Shown here piece by piece: positions 26,401-37,535 of a DNA stretch of 64,000 nt. How positions within the stretch are numbered: position 1 is the stretch's first letter; each line of letters starts with the position of its first letter. The position numbers were made by a program, and so were the translations under genes. The DNA comes from Vicugna vicugna (lineage: Eukaryota), in the NCBI GenBank assembly GCA_013265495.1, contig MU061804.1, positions 682,001-746,000 on the forward strand, in the 5' to 3' direction. The notes beneath the pieces were generated by a model, which searched no databases, had not been told where the DNA came from, and saw only the letters and a list, made by a program, of their open reading frames with translations.

Positions 26401-29055
26401 GGGCGAGAGGAGGGGCTTAGTGGGTGGGCCAGCGCTCGCTCTCTGCGTGGGGACGCCTGGACACTGCTCGCTTTTACTGGGGATGAGGAAGCAAACACAG
26501 GCCCAAGAGAGGCCTCCGGGTCACCTGCTTTGCATCTGAAAGGTCACCAGAGCTCTGACTGAAGACGTATGTGTCCTTGGGCTGGTCCCCGAGGACGCCG
26601 CGGTCACCACGGTCCCTGGGGACCATCAGTTCCAAGGGCTTCATCTCGGTTGTCAGCCCGTTCATGAATACTCCTGAAGTGCCTACTGCGCGCTCACAGT
26701 AACCCACCCTGACAGGGCCCGGGCCCTGGGAGAGCTCGACAGCCGTGAGAAGATGCCCGGGGAAGCCTTCAGCTGTGGCTCTCCACGGAAGGGAGATCCA
26801 AGCGCGGCTGGGGACGGGCAGCTCCAACCGGCCTTCGGTGCCCCTCTAACTCTCCCTTCTGACCCTAAACCAGAGCAAGTGCATGCCTGTGTTTGGGCCT
26901 CTCACCCTGCCTCTGCCGCCTGGAGCCCGCACCGGGCACCGTGGCGGTCCACCGCGGACCCGGTCAGGGTGCGCTCACGTGGGCGGGGGCCCTGTAAGGA
27001 TGGCGCCGCCACAGGGGTCTGTCGCTTGTTTAGAAAGAATTTTTGCATCTACGAGCCAGCAGCACTCGGAGAGGGGTCTGAGGGGACTCCATTCCAGCTT
27101 GGTTATAATACTCGACAATCGGGTTAGTCTAATCAGAAATGCCATCCCCACCGGTGTCAGAGCGACAGGCCACCTCCACCAGGGGCGAGGCTTCCTGGCC
27201 GGAGGAAGTCTTGGTCACCAGCAAGTCCCTTCAGTCTCACTGATCTGATTAAACTCCGCAACGGAAAGAGGAATTTACAAAGTAGATGCTGTTCCCTGTT
27301 TATTACCAAAATGGTTGCTTTCCACTCCACCCGCGAGATACAGTGGCAACCTCATTAAGTCTCAGCTTGCGATAACATTTGCTCCATAAATCTCCGTCTC
27401 TGCCCGTGGGGGAAGTGAGCCTTACGCCAAAAACCACACAGTGGACGAGATCAAGCCCCCGCCCCTTGAAGGGGGTTGAACTTCTCAAGCCTTAAATGGA
27501 TTCAGCTTTCCGGCCCTAAAGGAACAGCTGGGAACACCTTCTGGGGACTCTCTTAACCCCGTCCCGACTGCCATGATCAGCTGTTAGCTGGCCTCACTGA
27601 GAGAGAAACGAAACAAGGATATTTCCGACGCTCCTCTGGGTGGACTTGAAGGAGAAAGGGGAGGCGGGGTGAGCACGTGAAGAAAAACACCGAGGAACAG
27701 TCTGATCTCTCTCTGAAGCCAGACAGAAACGCCGACAGACAAGAAACGGAAGATGAAAAATTGCTCTGTGTGTCTGACTCGCTGGGCACCCTCTGCGGGC
27801 ACAGAGCTGGCCCTCCCTGGTTTCAGCCTGACACTGGGACGCGGCAGGGCCAGGTCATCTCTTCCCAATGGCAGGATTCCCGACTTCCGGCCGAGACCCC
27901 ACTTTTCTCCTTTAATTTCTACCCTCTTTCCAACCAATGTTCATTGACTGCCTCTCTGCCAGGCCCTGTGAGAGTGGTGCAATACAAACCCCTCCCTCCC
28001 CAGGGTACAGCCCAGCAGCTGGGGAAGATGGATAAATAGATACCACGGATCAGGGACAGAAGCAGCACCGTGCAGGCGTGGAATCGGTATTCTGGGAGCA
28101 AACAGGAGAGTGTGAGGAGAGGAGGCGGGCGGGGAGCAGGGAGAGGGGACACGGGGAGGGGCCTGAGGGGGTCTCGCAGCAGCAGCGGTTCTAAGGCAGA
28201 TGGTGGAGCCAAGCTTCCCGGGGGTGGGTGCAGAGTGGACATAGGTGCCAGGAGGGTCTTTGGAGGAACCAGCTGGCTTCCAGGGCTCAGAGAATCCTGC
28301 AGAGGACCCAGTGTGGATTCCAGGAGTCTGGGGACGGCAGGGTTCTAGAATCAACTTAACGCCTCTGGGACCCGACAGGTGGGAAGGAGCCCGGTTTGGT
28401 CTAGACTCCCAGGGCTAAAGCGGACGCAGGTCAACCTCGGACTCCAGAAACAAAGCACAGAGAGGACGGGGTCTTTGCCACTGTCTGTCCGACGACCCCT
28501 CCCTTTACAGATGAGGAGACAGGCAAGCCGCCAGCCGGTCAGCGAGCAGGGCCTGGAGGTCAAGCAGCCTGCTGCCGGTGGGCTCCCACGAGCTGTCGGC
28601 CTCCTGCCGGCAGGGAGGACGGGCTCCCTCCAGCGCCTGCTGCCATGGGCGCAACCCCTCCCAGCCCGGGCAGGACCTGGGAATTAACAGAGTCAGTCCT
28701 TTGAGGGGCTGTGGAAATGATACTGAGTGGGAGTGACTTTACACCGCCTAAGAGGCTCCGGAAGAAGCTCTTCAATCCCTGCTGGGGCTTGGGGTCCCCT
28801 TGGCGGGAGCCCGGGTCCTCTCCTGCTGGCCAGCAGCTGTCCGTCAGCTCCCCTGCGATGCAGAACGGCCGGGACCCTCCAGCGCTGGCCTTGCTTCTCT
28901 CACCAAGAAGAGGCTCTCCCCCCAGGTGACGGCACCGGCCTTTGCTCTGCCTCTGCCGGGCAGGGCGGACGTCAGGCCAGGCTTCTAGTCAGAGCTGGAC
29001 CCGCTGATGGAAGCAGCGAGCTCCAGCTCCTAGCGTCCCTGCCAAGAAAGGTGCC

Positions 29056-29154
29056 CTCAGTGTCTCCTTGCCCATGTGCGTGGTGTGGGTGCGTGTGCAC
29101 GGCGGGGCTCAGTATCTCCTTGCCCGTGTGTACGGTGTGGGTGCGTGTGAGCAC
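29056..29154. repeat. Two-copy 52-bp tandem duplication running into GT-rich low-complexity sequence
   Basis: CTCAGTGTCTCCTTGCCCATGTGCGTGGTGTGGGTGCGTGTG at 29056 and CTCAGTATCTCCTTGCCCGTGTGTACGGTGTGGGTGCGTGTG at 29108. Confidence 0.8.
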
Positions 29155-29735
29155 AGTATGTGTGAGTGCGCAGTATGTGCATGTGTGTGTGTACGTGGCG
29201 TTATTTGCAGAGGATTTTTTTGACATAGTAACTGGCCTGACGTTGGGCACTATGGCCGTCTCATGAGTCGCTGAAATGAGATATTGCTGTTGGACGGGCA
29301 GATCTGAAGCCTGGAATTGGGAAGCTAAACAGGCTCCTCCCTCGCAGACAGCCGTCCAGCACGTGATCAGGGCTTCCGGCCTCTTCGGCAAGCTGTGGCC
29401 TTTACCTCAGTCCCAGACAGAGGCACAGACAGGCCCCAGGGCACTTCTGATCTCTGTTGAACAGCCTCTGGCCTGAGTTTCTGTTTTCCCTGGCCCTCTG
29501 ATCTTGGGGTGAGCTGTGCTCCTACACGAGGTGAGCGCTGAAGCCCTCTGAATAGGACTTAGGGGGTGTTAGTCAAAACCAGCATCACGCGTGGCAGACC
29601 CCTTTTAGAATGTGAATTTAGGGAACATCAAAGAGTCCTCCGTCCAGATGTGTAAAGATACCTTAATATCCTTACTTTTTGTAAGAAAAAAAAAAACCAC
29701 CTAGCCCTGAAGAACCTTACCGAAATTCAAATGCA

Positions 29736-29862
29736 GGGGGAGGTGTAGCTCAGGGGTACAGCACACGCTTAGCATGCACAAGGTCCTGGGTTCAATCCCC
29801 AGTACCTCCTCTAAAAATAAATAAATGAATAAACCTAGTTACCTCCCCCCACCAAAAAAACA
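29736..29862 (+). mobile_element. tRNA-derived SINE of camelid type (Vic-1-like)
   Basis: GGGGGAGGTGTAGCTCAGGGGTACAGC...GGTCCTGGGTTCAATCCCCAGTACCTCC, then an (AAAT)n-like spacer, AAACCTAGTTACCTCCCCC and an A tail. Confidence 0.88.
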
Positions 29863-32800
29863 ACCAAATGTATATTTTTGGAAAGGACACCCCTTTAAAT
29901 GTCTTCATCAAAGCCCCGTCTGGTGAATTTCCCTGCAGGTCTCTTTGCCGGGGGGAATTTGGTCAGTCTGAGGAACTAATATGAATTAAGTCTGAACTGC
30001 AAAAATGTACATTTTTAAGAGTAAAGAGCTTCCTCCTTTGTCCTGGGCTCTGCCTCCTTCATCCTTGACGGCCCTCGTGGGAGGCTGCCCAGCAGGGACT
30101 GAGTTCTGAGCAGAGTCTTCGGTGCAAACACGGTTTTCTTGCTCGTCCTCTCCTGTGGGGAGGGGTATGTCGACGCCACCCCTTGCATGGATCCAAACGA
30201 GCGGGGGGCAGGAGGGAAGTTTACGGCCTTTTCTGCGAAGTCCAAGCAGAGGCTTGAAGTCAGGTGTTTGGAAGTGGACAAAACTGCTTGTCCTGCCCTG
30301 GGAGAGCCCGCCGGGTTTGGGCCGTGCTGTCTCTGAGCACATTCTGTGATGTGTCCCGAGACAGTGCGGAAGCCGCGCAGATTTCTAGGAGGAAGGGGAT
30401 GCACACGCCCGAGAGCAGGAAGAAAGCCTGCCCTTGCCCGTCTTACAGGAGACAGCCCGCGCAGTCAGCCCCCCAGCGCTCAGGGAGGGCAGCAGGCCGG
30501 GCCGCGGGGTTCTGCACACAGGCTGGGAGGCGCTCAGTGACCCTGGGATGGCAGGATTCGATGGAGCCATGCGCTTAGCTAAGGAAGGAATGCAGGGCCC
30601 GCACAGGGCCACGGCCCGGCTAGGACAGGAGCGGCCCCAACGCGGCAGCCTCCCCTCTCCAGGCCCCTCTTCTCTCGCCTCTGTCCAGCCTAACACTGTC
30701 ACTGTCCTCCTGTTCTGGGGAGCCCCCCAGCTCCCCAAGGGGCCACCCTGCCCTCGGGAGCCCCATCTGCTGCTGCTGACCCGGCCCCAGTCCTGCCCTC
30801 TGACCACGAGGCTCAGACGCAAAGCGGCCACAGTGATGACCAGTCCGGGGCTCACGGCAGGTACGATGCTTATTTAAGAGGACGGACTCTTCCCTCCTCT
30901 GCGGGAGGGGGAGCCTCCTCTGGGAACAGCGCTGCCACCGCAGAGGCGCAAGGGTGTCCGTCTGGCGCAGGGGCCCTGAGGGACGGGCCGTGCAGCCTGC
31001 GTTTGGGGTTTTCTCAGCTCTTCTCTCTCATCAACCACCGGATCATAAGGGCAGGGACTGAATGAGGAGGAGCAGCCGGGATTCTACACGTGTACCTTTT
31101 AGGGTAAAGGGACAGCTTGTCGGTGTTTATGGCCCCGGAGGGGAGGCAGCGGGGGCAGAGGGCTCCCGCTGCCGAGCTCCAGGGGGAGTCACTTGGGGGC
31201 AGGCTCTGCGCAACCCAAGGTCTGGAGCAGCCGAGGCTGCTTATCCCCCAGACCCCTTTGTGGACGCCGGCCTCAGGGCAGGGCTGTCTTCCCATCCGCT
31301 CCCCTGTGCCTCCCCCTTCAGGCCGTGGCAGCCCCCGAGCCCCTGGTCTCTCTGCTTCCAGCACCCTCCACCCCCTTCCTCAACTAACCATCCAGAGAGG
31401 GAGCCCTGTGGCCTTCTGACATGAACCCGGCCCTCTGCTCAGATCTCTTCGGTGGCTCCCCTGAACCCACAGGATACAGTCCACGTTTGAGGCCGTTTGG
31501 GACCAGGTCTCAGCCTCCCCTGCTGGCTTGACACTCGGCCTCTTCCCTGCACCCTAATCTGCAGTCCCTTCTCCCCACCCACCCCCCTTGCTTGTTCTAA
31601 CTTCACACCTGCAGCTTCTCAGCATCAAGGTCCTCTCTTCTCCTGTGGCCTCAAGAGCTGCTGCCAGTCTGGGCGACAGAGACGAGGGGTGTGTCCCCCC
31701 TCTTGGCACTTAGACTGTGTCCCCACCCCAGGAGCTCTGGGACAAGAGATCTGGCCAGTGGCAGGCGGACAGGCGAGGTCCACACTCCCTGCCCGGCCTC
31801 CCGCCCTCCCGTGGGCCCCTGCGCCCTCCCCGTCCCTCCTCGGCTGCCCAGATGCAGGGATCTCTGAGGCCCTGGGGGAGGGAACTCCCTCCTGCCAACA
31901 CCCGGCCCACAGAAAGCCAGGAGCGAGGAGCCTCCTCACCTTGCCGAGCGCTGAGACGTCCTCATTACAACAGTCAGCCCACCTGGCCGACGCGGCCACC
32001 CCAGGCAGGTCCCCCAGGCAGGCCCCCCGGGCAGGCCGTCTACACCCTAAGGAACTGTGTTCTCTGTTCTCTGCTTTTCTCCAGGCCCTTGCTCAGACCC
32101 TCCGTCCACGGCTGGGACCTGGTCCTTGTGCACCCGTCTCCCTAACTGGCTCTCAGCCACCTCGGGACGCAGGCCGTTGGCCCCTCCTGGTATGCCGGGT
32201 GCCCCCGTGTGCTGAACGGATGCACAGGTGTCTCTCAGACGAGCAGGACAGTCTGGCCCGCGTGTCACGCAGAAGGTCCCCCCCAGACCGCGTGAGGCCA
32301 GCGATCAGTTTCCGTGCTCTCTCCACGGCCCCCACGCCATGCGCCCGACCGTGCGGGCACAGCCGGGACCGCCCCTCCGCCACCGCAGACGCTGCCCACA
32401 GCAGCAAGCAGCTCAGAGGCCGGAGCTGCGACTCTCTCCCCGACAGGGAACCTGTGACAAGGACTTTTACCTCCCGGTGTGAACGTGGGGGGAGGGGCAG
32501 CTGGGTGTGGGCGGCTCCGTCTGGGGGCTGAGCACTGGTTATCAGAGGAAGTGGACTGGAGGGAAATTCAGGGTGACTCATGTCCCCCCACCCCCTCTGC
32601 TGAGCGACTCTCCCAGGTGTGTCCGTCTGCAAAGCATTAGGTTAAAATCAAATCCGCGTGTGGACTTTCCAGGAGACCACGGGTAAGACTTGGCAACTGA
32701 CTGAATGTCCCCTTACACGTCCACCCCTTAGTGAGCCCCCGCCGTCCCCAGGCTGGGACAAAGGTGCCCACAAACTCGAGAGGCCGGACGGCAGAGCGGT

Positions 32801-33769
32801 CGGACTGCGCTCCAGAGGCAGGCGTACTGCCTGCGGGGAGACGCACGCTGGGTTCTCGTTCAGACCCAATTCCGGCCCGAGTGAGGTACTGCACACGGTA
32901 CGGGTCCACGGGACCGGCCCAGGGGTGGACGTCCCACCAGCCCCAGAGAATCCACGAAACAGCCTCACTGCACGGCCAGGGGCAGCGGCCGGGCCACTCA
33001 CCTGGAGGTGGGCCTGAGCCCCGACCGCTCGGATCACTGGCCCAGGTGAGCGGTTTCCCACCCTGGGGCCAGCTTCCTCCCCTGATCTCTCCGCGATTTT
33101 CCAGCCCTGACGGTTTGGGGCTGGATCAGGACCAGCTGGAGGTGACGGGCAGGGCAGGAGAGGCGCGTGCCGTGACCACGGACCGGGGTTGGGATGGCCT
33201 CTCACACACGACGCCCGGGGGGCAATGCAGGAAGGGGGTCGGGGGAGCAAGGCTCGCTAGTGTCCTCACGCCTCCTGAGCAGATGCCGGCGGGACTCTGT
33301 CTCAGGACCCCGATGTGCGCAGCGGTGACCGCGAGTAAGCCCGGGGAAAACTGCACGGATGGAAGTGTGAAAAACCTCAGATAGCGACGCACGCGCCCCA
33401 CGCGCACACGGTGCAGATCAGTGATGCTCAGATCGCGCTCTCAAGCCCACGGGCCCCTCGTAACTCACTCTCCCAGCCTCTGCAGGGCGGGGAGCCGCCA
33501 CCGGCTCTGCTGGTTCAGGACGACTCAGAAGTGGCTCCCGAGAACAGAGCTGAACACGCCGGGTAAACATTTAATCTGCTCTCTCTGTGGAGTCTCAGTC
33601 CCCCGCCTGTCTGTCTTTTCCATGCCCATCCGCACAAACGTGTGCCTTAGAGGCTGGGCTGCATCGGAGTGGTCTTCACGACGAGAGAGCGATTCCCACA
33701 TGCACAGACACTCGACCCGCACACTTTGACCTTGAGGAGAAAGAAGAGGTTCCCGTTCTGTGAGGAGGG

Positions 33770-33875
33770 GTCTCTGATGACTGTTCACTGCTGGCTCCCC
33801 AGTGCCGGGAACACGCGTGGGGAGCAGACCTCGGTGGTGGATGGGCGGATGGATGGTGGATGAATGAACTGGAAT
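33770..33875 (+). mobile_element. L2 3'-end fragment
   Basis: TGTTCACTGCTGGCTCCCCAGTGCCGGGAACAC... ending in a GGAT/GAAT-type tail (GGATGGATGGTGGATGAATGAA). Confidence 0.6.
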
Positions 33876-36195
33876 GTATTTATAAGTATTTTTATATAAT
33901 GCACTGGCCACCTCACCTCAAACAATGCCCTTCCTGCCTGCCGCCTTCCCACCCTGCTCTTCCCACGGCTGCAGTGGTGTCGCCTTTCCCTGGGTCCCCT
34001 GTAGGTGCGCCCGGCTCCCACCTAATGGGGTGTCACTGAGCTGTTTCCGAGTGGAGCCACCTGTCTCACCGACGCCCGACACCGGAGGCCTTTATGAGGT
34101 GCACCATGGGCCACCTGGGATCCTGCCCGGGGCACAGGCAGACGTCGCCAGAGCCACGGTGAAGAGTGGTAACCCCCTTTTCCCTAAAAGGCTGCTTAGT
34201 CTTGGAGCTGGAGCTGGAGAGAACTGGCAGATACCCTGTGCTGCAGTCTCTCAGCAACTTCAAAGATGAAGACGCTACTTTGATGGAAACACACACAATT
34301 TCCAGCAGCATTTCCCCCTTGTATTTGAAGGCAAACTACGAGATTCTGAAGATAAGAACGTAGTTTCTGAGCTGCGGGCTTGCCTTTCCCGCACACCCAG
34401 TGGGCTGCAGTTCCCTAAGAATCTAATCACATCAACCCTGAATCTGGCCGGCCTCCCCGCAGACCCCGCCCCTGCACTTGCCTCCTGGCCCCGCTCCCAA
34501 GCGGCACACTCGGCTGTCCGCCTGGTTTTAGTTTCCTCTCTCTGGCTTCTTTAGACGCTCAACCCCTGCTTCCTGCCCCCAGAACTGTCCCACCATCATC
34601 TCCCCAGTGGACGAGGCAGGCTGCACTTCGTCCTCCGAGGACCAGGCTGGCTGAGGACAAAGAGCCCACCCCAGGCGCCTCTAGCCACAAGGAAAGAGGA
34701 CACGGGGAGGAACCGAGGCCTCCGGCCGGATCTCATCCGTATTTGGGCTTAGGGACATCCAGTCTGAGACTCGGTCCATTAGGGTAGGTGGCTCCTTATG
34801 GGCTTCCTGAAGCTGGACCAGAAGCGGGGGTAGAGGGCCTAGTCCAGGTGATCTGTTCAGCGGCAAAGAGCCCTCCCTCTGGGCAGGGCAGGGAGGCAGC
34901 ATGCCTGTCCTCGGGGTACAGCCGGGCAGCTGTGTCTCTGTGGACAGCCACCGCATGCTCACGGCCAGCGGACACGCACGTTTCTACTGATACGTAAGAG
35001 ACACGCTCAGCCCATCAGCTGTGGGCTGGGGCCCTGCCCTGACCAGGGTGCAGGCCAGGGCCGAAATGCCGGCTCCTGGGCGTCAGAGCAGTGCCCCCGC
35101 GGCTCCCGGGCCAGCTCGCTGGTTTACACACCTCTCAGCACCGACACCGACCACCCACCGCCCTTCAGCAGCGTAAGAGCACTTCCCAGGGAGGCCCTCG
35201 GGGCGCCGCCTCCATCAGAGGCCTCTCTTCCCACCTGCAACGCTCCTCAGCAGAGTGTGACTCCCACCTTAGGCTATTAAACCGCGTGGTAGCCAGTCCC
35301 CGGTCATGTGTCTTATTTTGTATCTGCGCCCTAAGCAGTTACCCGAAAGGGACTCGCAGGTGGAGGTACTCAGTCTGGGTCTGAGAGGAGGGACGGAGAC
35401 CCTGCCCTCTGTTAGCACTGACATCTTCTTCCTTCCCCTCCACCTGCTCCTCCCCGACCCTGGGCAGGGCTGGGAAACTCATGAGCAGGGACGCCCGGAG
35501 ACCGATGGGGCACCGTGTGCACGTGGGGCGTGACGGGTGCCGAGAGGGGAGACCTCACGTTCACACGCACGGATCAGGACACACGTGTGTGCACACGTCC
35601 CTTGGCCCTCCCGGCCTCCGTGAGGACATAGCACTGGACACCCATCTTCCCGTCAGCCTCTGGGCCACAGCGGCTGGAGCTCACCCCAGAGCATCTCCGG
35701 CTTCCTGCCCTTCCAGCCTGACCTCACGCAGCAAGCGCCTTGGCTATTTAACCTGTTAGGTTCTTTGCCCAGAGACGCCCCATTCAAATGTGCGCCACGC
35801 AAGGGGAGGACCCCGCAGGAGGACAGGGTGGTCAGAGTCACGGAGAGGGAGGTCAGAGGAGACAGAGCAGTGAGCCACCCCGCGGGCTCTCATGGTCACC
35901 CCGCGCCCCCGACACCTGGGGCTCGCAGCGCACAGGGCCCTGGGCCCCCCTCAGTTCCGGACAGCTCTGAAGAGGAGCCCGGGTTCCCAGGGGAGGCCGG
36001 TGTGCTGGTCCACGGCCCACCTCTGAGAACTGCCAGGCTTCCAAACAGGAGCCCCAGTCTGCACGATCCACCACCGTCCCCACACTTGTGAGTGGGCAGC
36101 GCTGACCACACTCACTTCCATCCCAGCAAAAGACTTTCCAACCACCAGCCCGGGAAGCCCCGGAGGGAGGGGCTGGGCTCAGTGTGAATAACCTG

Positions 36196-36380
36196 ATGTC
36201 TATAACACGTCTACAACATGTCTATGATCTAATGTCTGCAACATGTCTGCGCGTCTATAACACGTCTGTAGCGTGTCTACAACATGTGTATGTCTCCAGC
36301 ATGTCTGTAACCCAATATCTATAACATGCCTGCAACATGTCTATATGTCTAAAACATGCTTACATGTCTATAGCATGTCT
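36196..36380. repeat. AT-rich ~11-bp minisatellite (consensus about RYAACATGTCT)
   Basis: Repeated units ATAACACGTCT, ACAACATGTCT, GCAACATGTCT, ATAACATGCCT and ATAGCATGTCT, with truncated units between them. Confidence 0.85.
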
Positions 36381-36833
36381 AGGTCCTGGCTGGCCCCTCT
36401 AGGCCCCCAGCTCTCCCCTTAGCACGTCCTGGGACCTTCGACTGTAACCTCCTCGAGAGAAACCCCTGGCTGTTTTCCCCGTGAGAACGTGGGGTGCCTG
36501 GAAGGGGCCGGACCCCGCTTTCCAGGGGCTCCAGGTGGAGACTGTGCCCTCCAGAGGAGCCCGGAGCACGACGCCCGCCCCTGCTCGGGAAGAGGACGTC
36601 CAAGTGACAGGCGAAGACCCATCTTGGCAAAGCCCCTGCTGTCTTAGGCCCAGAGTCTCCGCCTCACTCGAGTGACTGGCTTCAAGCATGGGGAGGACGG
36701 CCACCCGCGGAACAGGTGCTGCCGGGGCGGGACCCAGGATGGGGCCCTCGGCGCGGCTCTCCTTGCCCAGCCCCCAGCCCCCAGTCCCTGTCCCCCCGCC
36801 CCCCGCCCCAGCCCCCGGCCCCCGGCCCGCCCC

Positions 36834-37228
36834 NNNNNNNNNNNNNNNNNNNNNNNNNNNNNNNNNNNNNNNNNNNNNNNNNNNNNNNNNNNNNNNNNNN
36901 NNNNNNNNNNNNNNNNNNNNNNNNNNNNNNNNNNNNNNNNNNNNNNNNNNNNNNNNNNNNNNNNNNNNNNNNNNNNNNNNNNNNNNNNNNNNNNNNNNNN
37001 NNNNNNNNNNNNNNNNNNNNNNNNNNNNNNNNNNNNNNNNNNNNNNNNNNNNNNNNNNNNNNNNNNNNNNNNNNNNNNNNNNNNNNNNNNNNNNNNNNNN
37101 NNNNNNNNNNNNNNNNNNNNNNNNNNNNNNNNNNNNNNNNNNNNNNNNNNNNNNNNNNNNNNNNNNNNNNNNNNNNNNNNNNNNNNNNNNNNNNNNNNNN
37201 NNNNNNNNNNNNNNNNNNNNNNNNNNNN
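36834..37228. other. Assembly gap (395 N) flanked by C-rich tracts
   Basis: Run of N. Confidence 0.99.
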
Positions 37229-37229
37229 C

Positions 37230-37535
<306 letters not shown>

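Noticed and set aside
29736-29810. tRNA-like A/B-box sequences (also 12290-12365 and 50797-50870)
   Set aside because: These are heads of one SINE family with shared non-tRNA tails. I see no complete cloverleaf.
30211-30235. GGGAAGTTTAC resembling the exon 9* KGKF codons
   Set aside because: It is on the wrong strand for the gene and has no further similarity.
31497-32531. 344-aa plus-strand ORF and other long ORFs (e.g. 16980-17825, 24099-24929, 10302-11081, 53938-54738)
   Set aside because: They are Pro/Gly/Arg/Ala-rich, overlap in several frames and have no recognisable domain. Long ORFs are expected in stop-poor, GC-rich DNA.
34166-34363. Protein-like ORF (…SLSNFKDEDATLMETH…) as a possible retrocopy fragment
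   Set aside because: I recognise no parent protein and see no poly(A) or TSD. A BLASTX search would settle it.
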